NCBI GenBank assembly: GCA_963682135.1
Contig: OY821645.1
Location: 2,848,001-2,912,000 of the forward strand
Origin: Methanothrix sp.
Lineage (GTDB): Archaea > Halobacteriota > Methanosarcinia > Methanotrichales > Methanotrichaceae
Direction: 5' to 3'
Length of the DNA stretch: 64,000 nt
In this document: positions 20,238 to 30,370 of the stretch, in pieces
Layout: every line of letters begins with the position of its first letter
How positions within the stretch are numbered: position 1 is the first letter of the stretch
Notes under the pieces: model-generated
The model's input: the letters and a program-made list of their open reading frames with translations, nothing else
Told to the model about the DNA's origin: nothing
Database searches by the model: none
Made by a program: the position numbers and the translations under genes

Positions 20238-20717
20238 TCAGATCAAGTATTCCGCGATTCTGTCGGTGAGAGGCTGCTCACAATAGAGGCAGCGCAGCAA
20301 GACCGGGTTCTTGGTCTTGACAAGCATCCTGGATTTTATGGGCTCGAGGGTATTGGAGATGCAGTTGGGATTCTGGCAGCGCACCACCCCTACAATCTCA
20401 TCGGGCAGATCCACAGTTCGCTTTTCAATGACTTTGCCGTCCCGTATGATATTGATAGATGCGGCCGGGGCAATTAAAGCGATCCTGTTCACCTCTTCCT
20501 CGAACAGCTCGCGGTCCTCCACCTTGACGATGTCTTTTTTGCCCAGTTTCCTGCTTTCCACGTTCATGACCACGGAGACTGTGGCGTCTGTTGTGCCGGC
20601 TATTCCCAGGATCTTGAGAACATTCAGCGCCTGGCCTCCGGCGATGTGGTCAATCACCGTTCCATTGTTGATGGGCTTTACCCGCAATCCCTTTGGCACA
20701 TCTTTAATCTCTGACAT
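20238..20717 (-). CDS. pyrI: Aspartate carbamoyltransferase regulatory subunit
   Basis: NGTVIDHI, KKDIVKVE, C.NPNCIS and CLYCE zinc ligands; start at MSEIKD. Confidence 0.96.
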   Translation of the reverse strand: MSEIKDVPKGLRVKPINNGTVIDHIAGGQALNVLKILGIAGTTDATVSVVMNVESRKLGKKDIVKVEDRELFEEEVNRIALIAPAASINIIRDGKVIEKRTVDLPDEIVGVVRCQNPNCISNTLEPIKSRMLVKTKNPVLLRCLYCEQPLTDRIAEYLI

Positions 20718-20718
20718 T

Positions 20719-21639
20719 TTAGCTACCCCCGCCAATAAGCATTTTGAGAAGAGCCATGCGAACGGGAACGCCATAGAAGGACTGCTGGAAGTAGCGAGCG
20801 TGCGGCGTCCCATCCACGGATGGGGCAATCTCGTCCACGCGCGGCAAAGGATGCATGACAATGAGCCCCTCTCTTGCCCCGGCCATGAACTCGGGCGTGA
20901 TCCTGTAGCAACTGGCCACTTTATTATACTCTACCGGGTCTGGGAACCTCTCGCGCTGAATGCGTGTCATGTAAAGCACATCCACGTTGTTGATCACATC
21001 TCCCAGGTCATAGGTCTCGCGAACGCGAGTACCCTTGCTGGAGAGGTCTGCCTTAATGGGATCAGGCATTCTCAGGCTGGCGGGAGAGACCAGAGTTATA
21101 TCGGCTCCGAAGAGCGAGAGGGCATAAGCCAGAGAGTGAACCGTGCGGCCATATTTCAGATCGCCGACAAGGGCAATGCTCAGATTTTCCAGATGGCTCT
21201 CTTTCTTGATGGTGTAAAGGTCCAGAAGTGTCTGAGTGGGATGATGCCCGGCACCGTCCCCGGCGTTGAGCACGGGCACAGGTGAGAACTGGGAGGCGAG
21301 GCGGGCCGAGCCTTCTTTGGGATGACGGATGACCAGGGCATCGGCATAGCCGCCAATGACACGCACTGTGTCCGCCAGCGACTCGCCTTTGGAGATGGAG
21401 GACCCCTCTGCCGGCCCCAGGTTGATGACGCCTCCGCCCAGCCTTTTCATGGCCGTCTCAAATGACATGCGCGTTCTGGTGGAGGGCTCAAAGAAAAGCA
21501 GAGCCAGGATTTTGCCTGCCATCATATTGCTCTTCTGTCCTCGCGCATAAGGCTCCAGGGACGCGGCCAGATCGAGGACTGAGTCGATCTCCTCTCTGGA
21601 GAACTCTCGCATGGTGAGCACATGTCTCTTCATGAACAT
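20719..21639 (-). CDS. pyrB: Aspartate carbamoyltransferase catalytic subunit
   Basis: FFEPSTRTRMSF, NAGDG..HPTQTLLD, GDLKYGRTVHSL, MHPLPRVDEI. Confidence 0.97.
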   Translation of the reverse strand: MFMKRHVLTMREFSREEIDSVLDLAASLEPYARGQKSNMMAGKILALLFFEPSTRTRMSFETAMKRLGGGVINLGPAEGSSISKGESLADTVRVIGGYADALVIRHPKEGSARLASQFSPVPVLNAGDGAGHHPTQTLLDLYTIKKESHLENLSIALVGDLKYGRTVHSLAYALSLFGADITLVSPASLRMPDPIKADLSSKGTRVRETYDLGDVINNVDVLYMTRIQRERFPDPVEYNKVASCYRITPEFMAGAREGLIVMHPLPRVDEIAPSVDGTPHARYFQQSFYGVPVRMALLKMLIGGGS

Positions 21640-21764
21640 GGCTTACCATCTCAATTTATGAGATAATAAGGCTTCCATGGAGAGGCAGAAAGTCGCTGGA
21701 GACTCATTCATCTATTATGCAACGGTTGTATAAGAGTTGACACCAGACAAATGAGGTAAAGCCC

Positions 21765-22853
21765 ATGAAGAACGAAAGAACGGTTTCATCACAACAATAT
21801 TCGCCGACTATGACCGAGGATTACAGCCGGATCTCAGATACGGCCCGGGCAGTGAATGCAGAGGTACTGCCCAGGATGGCGTCCTACATCCGGCGCATCT
21901 CGGCGCAGATCGCTGCCATGAGCGCCGATGAGGCGTTTGTGATCGCCGATTATGGAGCCGCAGACGGCGTGAATTCCAGCGAGTTGTTTGAAGAGGTCAT
22001 CCGTCTGATTCACGAGGTGAATCCTATCCTGGCCATCAAATTGGTCTATATCGATCTGGCGGATCCGGCGAATTTTCTGGCGTTCTGGGCCGCCTCGGCT
22101 CTGGCGAAGTTGGAGCACGTAGAGGCCCGGTACATCCAGCGGTCCTTTTATGAACCATTTCCTGAGATAAAAGGCAGACTTCAGATCGGTTTTTCCTCAA
22201 CTGCATTGCACTGGATGAATGCCCAAACGGTTGGAGCTGATTTTTTCCGCCATCCTCTCTGCATACAGCCCAACCAGCTCAATGATGGTCAGCGCAGAAA
22301 ATTTGCGGAAAAGTGGAAAGATGATTTTCGGACGTTTCTGCAAGAATGCTCGACATCGCTGGTTAAGGGAGGAGCCCTGTTTCTTGCCAACCTTGCCAAT
22401 CTAGGAGACGACCAGTGGCCGGCTTCGCCCGGATATAACAACCTACGGGATATTTGCCAGGAATTGTATGTGGAGAAGAAGCTTTCCAGGGCGGAGCTTG
22501 AGGCCATTTTTATACCGGATTACTTTGCGACGCCTCATGAAATGTCCGGCTTGCTGGATGAAGACGATCTCAGGGCTTGTTTTGCGATCAATGCCGTTGA
22601 TCCTTTGACTGTCCCGTGCGCCTATTTCTGCAAAGCGCAGGACAGGCTGGATGACCCAGAGAAAAGGTCCGAGCTTGCGGCTACCCTGGCCCGTGTAGTC
22701 AGGGCCTGGAGTGAATCCTCGATGCAAATCGGACTCAATCCGGATAACAAAGAGCTGATTGAAGACATCTATCGACGGCTGCAAGAGAAGTTCTATGAGA
22801 AACCAGAAGGCTTGCCCTATCAATATTGTCTGCTCGAACTGGAAAAAAGATGA
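21765..22853 (+). CDS. SABATH-like (Methyltransf_7) SAM-dependent carboxyl methyltransferase
   Basis: IADYGAADGVNS (cf. IADLGCSSGPNT), RSFYEPFP, GFSSTALHWM, W..DF..FL. Confidence 0.72.
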   Translation: MKNERTVSSQQYSPTMTEDYSRISDTARAVNAEVLPRMASYIRRISAQIAAMSADEAFVIADYGAADGVNSSELFEEVIRLIHEVNPILAIKLVYIDLADPANFLAFWAASALAKLEHVEARYIQRSFYEPFPEIKGRLQIGFSSTALHWMNAQTVGADFFRHPLCIQPNQLNDGQRRKFAEKWKDDFRTFLQECSTSLVKGGALFLANLANLGDDQWPASPGYNNLRDICQELYVEKKLSRAELEAIFIPDYFATPHEMSGLLDEDDLRACFAINAVDPLTVPCAYFCKAQDRLDDPEKRSELAATLARVVRAWSESSMQIGLNPDNKELIEDIYRRLQEKFYEKPEGLPYQYCLLELEKR

Positions 22854-22967
22854 AGGTTAATGCCTTCATCCATAGTAATCTATATCTGTGTGTTGCCGGT
22901 AACTTGCGTTGCTGGATGATACAATAATTTGCGTGCCACCAAAAGCTGTGGTAGTCGTTTTGAATTT

Positions 22968-23819
22968 TTATCTTTTTTCGGGGACTTTATGACTATCCAC
23001 CATTGACTTAGCAACTTTAAACGCAATGCTGCTTCCAGGCAGTAATAGATTGGCAGCATCTGCTCCTACATCGAAAATGAGATCGCGAGTGATCATCTTC
23101 TCGAACTGCTGTCGCAATGTTACACCCCCGGAAGTCATGACTCCCGTGAGACCATCGAATTCGACTACCGTTGTCTTGCCCTTTGGCTCCCATTTATATT
23201 CGAACGCGTAGACAGGTCTAAAGTATAGGTCCACAATGTGGATATTTGCTTTTTCCTCATGAATTGTGTCTGCCTGGATCGGTCGCAGCATAGATGCCAA
23301 TACCTGACGTACTGCGGCGCTTGCATGCATTTCTGGCATCACAACAATGCATCCCTCGCTTGACAGTTTTTCAATATCGATTACTGTCTCCTTGTCAAAG
23401 CGTAAGTATTTTTCCCACTGTTGTTCTTTTCCACGCACGGCGTCAAAGATAATTTCAGTACTGCATTCTTCCATGCAGTGTTCGGTTCCGGTAATTGCAA
23501 ACTGCCGTGGTTCTGCCCCAATTGTATAATCTTTTCCATCTACAGTTACACGTTTTACCTCTGGAGCAATTACAGGGACGTTATAGGAACGTGTGCGGTC
23601 GTATTCGTAGTGCACATTGCAGGCTATATGCCAGAACGGCTCATAACGAAACTCGTTGTATGTGATTTTGACGTCCTCAGACTTAGGACGAGAGAAAAGC
23701 CCTGTAAGACCGCTACCAAAGACTGTGGTTTTTTTATCCCATGCTTTCTCCCGTGCTTCATCCATGCTAAGTGTGGGCAGCAGGCGGAAAATTTGTTCTT
23801 CACCAAATCTGATATCCAT
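22968..23819 (-). CDS. Hypothetical protein (283 aa)
   Basis: Long ORF directly downstream of the MFS gene; no recognised motif. Confidence 0.7.
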   Translation of the reverse strand: MDIRFGEEQIFRLLPTLSMDEAREKAWDKKTTVFGSGLTGLFSRPKSEDVKITYNEFRYEPFWHIACNVHYEYDRTRSYNVPVIAPEVKRVTVDGKDYTIGAEPRQFAITGTEHCMEECSTEIIFDAVRGKEQQWEKYLRFDKETVIDIEKLSSEGCIVVMPEMHASAAVRQVLASMLRPIQADTIHEEKANIHIVDLYFRPVYAFEYKWEPKGKTTVVEFDGLTGVMTSGGVTLRQQFEKMITRDLIFDVGADAANLLLPGSSIAFKVAKSMVDSHKVPEKR

Positions 23820-23860
23820 ACTACACCCTCAGATTCGATTCCATGAATAGGTCCCATAGG

Positions 23861-25147
23861 TTATTTGCTATTATAAACGTTTTGAGTTGTCTGGGAGGAT
23901 GGCTTGTTTTCAGGAATCTGCTTTATAAACGGCTTTTGGGAAAGCATTAGCCACAAGGCAAGACATGTCACACCGGCCAGGATATTCATCGTTCCCAGAA
24001 CCTGAATGGTATTGCTCCAGGGCAGAGAGATTATGGTCATACCGACGCTGCCCATAAAGATGCCAAAGCAGCTCATGAGAGCCGAAGCTGAGCCGGTATC
24101 TTCTTCCTGCTGCTCTAACATCAGATTGGCTCCGGGAGTGCGCACACAACTGGCCATAAGCGTAGCAGGCAGCAGCACCAGGGCAAATATTATGGGTTTG
24201 ATGCTTCCTAGAAGAAGGATCAATAGTCCGCTGGCCGAGATGACAGCAAAGCAGGTTATGATAATTGATCGGCGCAAAAAACGTCGGGCCAGCCGCAGAT
24301 ATAACACGGGCCCAGTGATCATTCCCAGAGCATTGAAGGCAAAATAGTAGCTGTAAACCTGCTCGCTCAGGCCGAATCCATTTATGTAAATATACGAGGA
24401 TGCCGCTATAAATGCCATGCTGGATACGCTGAGCAATGAAAAGATCAGGAGCAAGGAGGCAAAGCCAGGATTTTTTGCCACTTTGCCCAGCCTCCCCCAG
24501 GCCTGCCCTGCCGTTCCAGTATAGCGTTTCTCGGTCGTCTCCTGTAAAGCTATGCTTCCCGCCAGCGCCAGCAGGCCGATTCCTCCCAGAATCAGGAACA
24601 CTCCTCTCCAAGAGGTAATGCGAAGCAAGAGGGCGCCTAAGACGGGTGCGGCCATGGGAGATATGAGTACCATGGACTGAACCAGAGCTAAAATCGTCTC
24701 CCTGTTTTTTCTGTCGTAGACATCCTTTATTATGGCGGTGGCTACGGCAAAAGCCCCACTTCCACCCAGGGCTTGCAGGATCCGGAATAGTATTAGTTGG
24801 TAGATATCCACTGAACCCGCGCACAGGAAGCCGGCCACAGAATAGATGGACAGAGCAATCAGCAGTACCGGTCTGCGTCCGTATTTGTCGCTTTGCGGAC
24901 CCCAAAAGAGAGTTCCTGCTGCGAAAAAGACAAAAAACAGGATTAAAGTGAGATTGGCCAGGTCGGTTGATACCCCGAAAAATTTGGCCATCCCGGGCAA
25001 TGCGGGAAGATAAAGGTCAGTGGATAGCGGAACGAAGGCGCTCAGGAATGCTATGAGTCCGATTAGGCCCTTTTCACCCAGATACCTTTGTCTCAATCTC
25101 CGCCCCAGCAGCTCTTCTTCTTCTCCGTTCTCTCCAGAAGATCGCAT
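23861..25147 (-). CDS. Bcr/CflA-family MFS efflux transporter
   Basis: PLSTDLYLPALP, GPQSDKYGRRPVL, RILQALGG; 12 TM pattern (true start may be a little downstream). Confidence 0.92.
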   Translation of the reverse strand: MRSSGENGEEEELLGRRLRQRYLGEKGLIGLIAFLSAFVPLSTDLYLPALPGMAKFFGVSTDLANLTLILFFVFFAAGTLFWGPQSDKYGRRPVLLIALSIYSVAGFLCAGSVDIYQLILFRILQALGGSGAFAVATAIIKDVYDRKNRETILALVQSMVLISPMAAPVLGALLLRITSWRGVFLILGGIGLLALAGSIALQETTEKRYTGTAGQAWGRLGKVAKNPGFASLLLIFSLLSVSSMAFIAASSYIYINGFGLSEQVYSYYFAFNALGMITGPVLYLRLARRFLRRSIIITCFAVISASGLLILLLGSIKPIIFALVLLPATLMASCVRTPGANLMLEQQEEDTGSASALMSCFGIFMGSVGMTIISLPWSNTIQVLGTMNILAGVTCLALWLMLSQKPFIKQIPENKPSSQTTQNVYNSK

Positions 25148-25680
25148 AGCTTGTTGGCGCTCGCGACGACCGTCTTTCTGCCGATGCGATCCTCAGCCGC
25201 AGGCCGAACGGCAATGCCTCCGAAGTGGGCATCATCGCCAACTACTATCATGCCGTGGATGTGCATCCAGGCGTGCACCGTATCCAGCGCCTTCTCCTGG
25301 CCGCCGTTTCTGGCTCCACCAACGCTGAGGGCGCAGCCGACCTTATCCTTGAGACGAAAGCCCTGCCTGCGTAGCGGGATAGTCCTGTCGAAGATTGCTT
25401 TAAGCTGAGCAGTCACGCTTCCAAAGTAGACCGGCGTGGCGATGATGATACCGTCTGCTCTTTCCAGCGAGGAGAGGAGTTGCATCATATCGTCCCCTTT
25501 AGGACAGGATTTTCCTTTGCTGCAATCCCCGCAGTCATTACAGAAATCTACACACATCTCTGATGCGAGATGCCTTTCAGTCTCAAAGCCCCTCTCTTTG
25601 GCCACAGACAGGGCTTCATTTAAGAGGAACTCTGTATTTCCGGCCTTTCGGGGACTGCCGCATATGCCAACTACTATCAC
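25093..25680 (-). CDS. Iron-sulfur flavoprotein (flavodoxin family)
   Basis: GSPRKAGNT, CxxCxxC..C, ATPVYFG, GGARNGGQE. Confidence 0.92.
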   Translation of the reverse strand: MIVVGICGSPRKAGNTEFLLNEALSVAKERGFETERHLASEMCVDFCNDCGDCSKGKSCPKGDDMMQLLSSLERADGIIIATPVYFGSVTAQLKAIFDRTIPLRRQGFRLKDKVGCALSVGGARNGGQEKALDTVHAWMHIHGMIVVGDDAHFGGIAVRPAAEDRIGRKTVVASANKLCDLLERTEKKKSCWGGD

Positions 25681-25874
25681 CTTTTGCTACCTCCTCCAAA
25701 GGACCCGGCAAAAGAAGATGTTCTTTTCATATTCCATGCATTCTTTCTTTTCTGTATTATAGATCTACCTGTCACGATTGAATATTCTGAGGCAGTAGCG
25801 GCTTGGGCCTGGTTTCGGGTTTACCACATATTTTTATGCCATGAGACCAAAAACAGCGGATGTAGGTCCAGACG

Positions 25875-26396
25875 ATGCGGGTCGAAAAGATGTGCAAACA
25901 ATGGATTCTTCCGGCTTTGATCGCCATCTTCACGGTGCTTTGTCTGTGCGGGGGTGGGGTCGTATGGCAATATGTGGACAGCTACAGCGATGATTCTCAT
26001 AATTCCCTGTCCTCTTTATCGGTAGCTGCATCGTCATCGGATGTCAAGGGCAAGGTGCTTTCTTTAGATCGCTCATTCGCGATTGATGGCAGTCTCTGGA
26101 GCTGGGGAGGATCTCCAAGGGGATTTTCTGTTAACAATGGGACGCTTAAATATCCGGATGACTACTATACGTCTCATTTTAACCTGGGATATAATAAAAG
26201 TGAGCCTTCTTACGGGCAGAATAAGCTTCAGAATTTAAGCCAATACTCCACTGGATTTGCCACGGGATTTAGCACGGATTATCCCGGATATAATATCTAT
26301 AGTCTTCTTTCTGATGGAAAGTCCAGCTACGATCCCTGGAATAACTATCCCGGATATGATCCGAATTATCCAGTCATTTTTCCAGAGCAAAGTTAA
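25875..26396 (+). CDS. Hypothetical secreted Tyr-rich protein (LWSWG motif)
   Basis: N-terminal hydrophobic segment; SLWSWGGSPRG..V.NG.L; YPGY repeats. Confidence 0.7.
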   Translation: MRVEKMCKQWILPALIAIFTVLCLCGGGVVWQYVDSYSDDSHNSLSSLSVAASSSDVKGKVLSLDRSFAIDGSLWSWGGSPRGFSVNNGTLKYPDDYYTSHFNLGYNKSEPSYGQNKLQNLSQYSTGFATGFSTDYPGYNIYSLLSDGKSSYDPWNNYPGYDPNYPVIFPEQS

Positions 26397-26430
26397 TATC
26401 CGATACACGAATTTTATTATGGGATTTTGG

Positions 26431-26691
26431 ATGAATGTAGAGATCACATCGCTCCTGGACCAGGATGTCTATACTCAAAAGGGCATCTTTGTGGGCAGGG
26501 TAGAAGATGCCGTGCTTGACCCTGAGAACGGCGTGGTGAGCGGCCTGGCTCTGGGAGACGTGAACCGGGAGCTATTTGATCAAAAGGGTAAGGGGATTGT
26601 AATACCTTATCGCTGGGTTACTGCAGTGGGCGATATTGTCATTATCCGGCACCTGACTCGCAATGCAAAGGATCAGCGCAAAGTCGACTAG
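26431..26691 (+). CDS. PRC-barrel domain protein
   Basis: MNVEITSLLD.DVYT.KG..VG.VED..LD, IPYRWV.AVGDIVII. Confidence 0.9.
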   Translation: MNVEITSLLDQDVYTQKGIFVGRVEDAVLDPENGVVSGLALGDVNRELFDQKGKGIVIPYRWVTAVGDIVIIRHLTRNAKDQRKVD

Positions 26692-27358
26692 CTGGGAGAT
26701 CTATTCCGGCCTATGTGCTCGCGCGCCACTGGTAGTAAGAGCGGACGGAAGAGGTTTTAAAAAGGTGCTGGAGGAAAGCTCAAAGCCCTACGACATCAAT
26801 TTTGCCGGATCGATGGTAGCCGCTGTGGAGAAATTCTTACTGGATTTTGGGCCCACTCCCGCTCTGGCCTTCACATTCTCTGATGAGATCAGCCTGGTCT
26901 TTCTTGATGCGCCCTTTGCCGGTAGAGTGGAAAAGATCGATTCGCTGGTCGCAGGTTTTCTCTCGGCGGCGCTATCTCTGGAACTTCACAGGCTCGTTTC
27001 CATGGATTGTCGCACGATTCCTCTTTGTCAGGAGGAGATATGCAGCTACCTTGTGGAGCGGCAGAATGAAACCTGGAGAAATCATGTCTTTTCTTACGGC
27101 TTTTACCTGTTGCGAGAGGAGGGTCTCAATGAGACCCGGTCAATGGAAAAGCTGCGTGGGTTAAGGGAGCCGGAGATTCATGAGCTTGTCTTCCAGAAGG
27201 GCATAAATCTGGCCAAGACCCCTGCCTGGGAGAGGCGAGGCGTGATGGTCTACCGCAAAGAAGGGCAGGTGGCAGTGGATTGGGATATCCCGCTCTTCTC
27301 GACAAAAGAAGGAAAAGCGCTTTTAATGGAGATAATTAGCCATGCAAAGTCTGGATAA
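26663..27358 (+). CDS. tRNA(His) guanylyltransferase Thg1-like protein
   Basis: VVRADGRGF, FSDEISL, F.GRVEKIDS, MDCR, RQ.ETWRNH, PAWERRG. Confidence 0.9.
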   Translation: MQRISAKSTSWEIYSGLCARAPLVVRADGRGFKKVLEESSKPYDINFAGSMVAAVEKFLLDFGPTPALAFTFSDEISLVFLDAPFAGRVEKIDSLVAGFLSAALSLELHRLVSMDCRTIPLCQEEICSYLVERQNETWRNHVFSYGFYLLREEGLNETRSMEKLRGLREPEIHELVFQKGINLAKTPAWERRGVMVYRKEGQVAVDWDIPLFSTKEGKALLMEIISHAKSG

Positions 27359-27403
27359 AAGAGGTACCATCAGATAACCGAGGAAACGATAATCTGGTAA
27401 CTA

Positions 27404-28237
27404 TCATCTATCGCTTTGGGAAAGAATCGTGAAGTATCTCTTGATTATATCTTTGTTTTCGGGGGGAAGGCTCTCGATATAGAGCTCAGATGAAACTGCG
27501 GTTGCGTCTCCTGCTTGGGATTGCGAGAAGACGCGTTCCACCGGCTCTGTGTTTCTGGCCAGAGATCCTGCTCCTATTCCCGGATAGAGCATAATTTCCA
27601 TCTTGTTCTCATTTAAGATAGCCAGAGAGGGATTGCCGAAAAGGTTTCCTGTGAGGTTAATTTCCTGGTTTGCGCTTTGCGCAGGAATTTCATTCTCAAA
27701 AGCAGAAAGGGCTCTGTCCCTTAAATCGGCAAGGGACTGAAAATCCGATGGATTGATAATATCGCTCTGCGCCAAGAGAATGGCCGCACCTGATATAATT
27801 ACGATAATAAGTGCCCTGCTGCTGATCCGTCGTGAATTGAGGATATCTGAAGGCTTGATTCTATTCAGGCTTGCTTTGATCTCTCTGGCAAGGTCTTGCA
27901 TGGGCAGAGAATCAGCATCGCGATTGTCGTAAGCGGTTTTGGCTTTCTCGGAGAGCTGGGGTCCCAGGAGCGGAAATATGTCTGCCTTTTTCCGCCTCTT
28001 GATGAGCGCGGCTGCGGCCAAGCCGATGATTATGGAGAGAACTGCGGGTAAAGCTGCGAGGAGAGAGTCATCCTGATAATAGAAGCTCATAAAGCCGGGA
28101 AGGCCGATAACCTCTGCCAGGGCGTATACTGTAATGGAAATTATTGCAGCATTCATTGCCCATATGGTTCTTTCAAAGCGGAGGTAAGCCTGGGTCAGCC
28201 TGCTCAGGGGTTGGAGAAATTCATAGGGCCCTTTCAC
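27404..28237 (-). CDS. Hypothetical membrane protein
   Basis: Three hydrophobic segments; C-terminal LPPENKDIIKRYF. Confidence 0.7.
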   Translation of the reverse strand: MKGPYEFLQPLSRLTQAYLRFERTIWAMNAAIISITVYALAEVIGLPGFMSFYYQDDSLLAALPAVLSIIIGLAAAALIKRRKKADIFPLLGPQLSEKAKTAYDNRDADSLPMQDLAREIKASLNRIKPSDILNSRRISSRALIIVIISGAAILLAQSDIINPSDFQSLADLRDRALSAFENEIPAQSANQEINLTGNLFGNPSLAILNENKMEIMLYPGIGAGSLARNTEPVERVFSQSQAGDATAVSSELYIESLPPENKDIIKRYFTILSQSDR

Positions 28238-28270
28238 AATATTTATTCCTATGGTGCCAATAAATAGTTT

Positions 28271-30370
28271 TTGCAGGGAATGCTGAAAAGAGTTTATATT
28301 ACCTGGTCAATGGAATATAAAATGGCTGGCATCGATGGATTAAGAGAAAGGCTCCTGCTTGTTCTGCTAGCTTTTGCTCTGCTGCCTATGGTAGTTCTAG
28401 GGATCATATCTTTAGTGGAGATGAACCATGCGTCAGTGGATGTTCAAAGTAATATCTCTAGCCTTAGCAAATCCTTGAATCGTTCCGCATTGGAGGTCGG
28501 TCAAGGCGGTGCCGATCAGGTGCAGCTAGCTGTCGCGAAGTCTCGTCAGTATGATGAGTTCTTCGGGCGCATTGCTTCTGAGAACGAGCTGGTTGCCGAT
28601 TATTTGGCAGCCGGATCCACAAATGAGAGCTGTACCCCGGCAGGAATATGGGTTGCCCCGATAGATTCCAATCAGACAATTTCCGATATAAGAGATGCCA
28701 CCATAAGGTCACTATGTGCTCCTGCCAAGATTATGCAGGCACTTCACAAGACCAAATCATCACAGTATCTATCATATATCGGAACCGAGGATGGGGTGCT
28801 GGCTGTATGGCCTTATAGTAACAAGACTCTCAGTAACACGGCGCCCTTCGGTTACAAGGATATGCCGTATTATGATCAGGCCAGGCAAAAGAAGAAGACT
28901 ATCTGGACCGGGCCATACACGAGTGATAAGGGAGATTATGCAATTACCATTACAACTCCATTCTATAGAAAAGACGTGTTTGCAGGCATTGCGGGAATGG
29001 ATGTCTCTTTATATCCGATTTACAGCGATCTGTCATCCCTGCGGGGTAGGGGCTATCCCTTCATTATGGATTCGTCCGGCTTGATAATATATCGATCAAA
29101 AAATAAGCCGGAAAATGATCTGAAAGAGCTCTTCGTAACGGATAATCTATTTGAATCCAACAACCCCGAAGTTAGGGCTCTGGGCAAAAACATGATAAAA
29201 GAAAGCTCCGGCTCCAGTGTGATCGGGCTGGAGGATGGGGACGGCTATGTGGCTTTCTCGCGCATAGCAACACTCGGCTGGATCGTTTGCATTGCCTATC
29301 CTGCTGAAGAGATGAGCCTGCCAGCTCGATACATAGATTCCGGTGTTAAGGATGTTGCTATGAGCGCAACTGCCGGCTTGAATGAGGCTTCGCGAAGGGT
29401 TTGGGAATACGCGCTGACCATCTTTGTTCTCACCGTTTTTTCCGTATTGGGGGCCGGATGGTGGATGAGCAGAAGAATCGATGGCCAGATCGAATCGCTT
29501 TCCAATGCAGCTGCAAAAATTTCCCGTGGCGAGTTTGATGTTATCGCTGGGACTTCTGGTGAACTGGCTCCTCTGGCAGTATCATTCAATAAAATGGTGC
29601 AGGGTCTGAAGGGATACGTGGGAAGGCAAGAAGCTGAAGCGGTTTTGCGGGGCGGCTCAGGCAAGGAAATGGCCTTTCTAGAAGGGGTAAAGCGTAACCT
29701 CGTTCCCACGACTGTGCCCCAGGAAGAAGAATATGATATTCAGACGCTTTACTGGCCATCGGATATGGATGGTTTTGATCTCTACGATATTACCCGAGCT
29801 GATGATAAGATAGCCTTCGCTATGGCGGGTGTAGGTGGGGATGGTGTCCAGGCAGCTATGCTTGCCATCATGTCGCGAACGCTCATCCGTGCTTCGCCTG
29901 ATAAATTGGATCCGGCGAAAGCAATCAGCGAACTGAATTCGCAGATAAATCAGTATGGTCATGGAACAAATCTGGCATGCTTTTATGCGCTGTTGGATCC
30001 AGTAAACCATACCTTAGAGTATGTGAATGCTGGCTTCAATCCGCCTTTCATTGTCGATCCGGGTGGAATGGTGGACACATTGGGTGGTGGCGGTATCGCT
30101 CTTGGTATGCTGGATAGAATGGAGCTTGAAAGGACGCTCATACCCATTCAGCCAGGTGATGTGATGGTCATGTATTCCGATGGCGTTGTCGATCTGGAGA
30201 ATGGCTCCAGAGATCATTTCGGTATAGAGCGGCTGATAGATCTGATCATAAACAACAGACATCGTCCTGCTTCTGAGATATTGATGGTCGCGGAGAAGAG
30301 TCTTATGGATTATTCCAAGTCAAAGATTTCTTCTTCAGACGTAACCCTAATAATTCTCAAGCGAAGTTAA
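28271..30370 (+). CDS. Membrane sensor with Cache + HAMP + SpoIIE/PP2C-type domain
   Basis: TM-Cache (IWTGPY, GIAGMDVSL)-TM-HAMP (ELAPLAVSFNKM)-SpoIIE (YVNAGFNPP, GIALG, PGD...YSDGV, FGIERL). Confidence 0.88.
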   Translation: MQGMLKRVYITWSMEYKMAGIDGLRERLLLVLLAFALLPMVVLGIISLVEMNHASVDVQSNISSLSKSLNRSALEVGQGGADQVQLAVAKSRQYDEFFGRIASENELVADYLAAGSTNESCTPAGIWVAPIDSNQTISDIRDATIRSLCAPAKIMQALHKTKSSQYLSYIGTEDGVLAVWPYSNKTLSNTAPFGYKDMPYYDQARQKKKTIWTGPYTSDKGDYAITITTPFYRKDVFAGIAGMDVSLYPIYSDLSSLRGRGYPFIMDSSGLIIYRSKNKPENDLKELFVTDNLFESNNPEVRALGKNMIKESSGSSVIGLEDGDGYVAFSRIATLGWIVCIAYPAEEMSLPARYIDSGVKDVAMSATAGLNEASRRVWEYALTIFVLTVFSVLGAGWWMSRRIDGQIESLSNAAAKISRGEFDVIAGTSGELAPLAVSFNKMVQGLKGYVGRQEAEAVLRGGSGKEMAFLEGVKRNLVPTTVPQEEEYDIQTLYWPSDMDGFDLYDITRADDKIAFAMAGVGGDGVQAAMLAIMSRTLIRASPDKLDPAKAISELNSQINQYGHGTNLACFYALLDPVNHTLEYVNAGFNPPFIVDPGGMVDTLGGGGIALGMLDRMELERTLIPIQPGDVMVMYSDGVVDLENGSRDHFGIERLIDLIINNRHRPASEILMVAEKSLMDYSKSKISSSDVTLIILKRS

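Noticed and set aside
26663-27358. Pyrrolysine read-through in Thg1 (as in Methanosarcina acetivorans)
   Set aside because: The ORF is continuous with no in-frame TAG.
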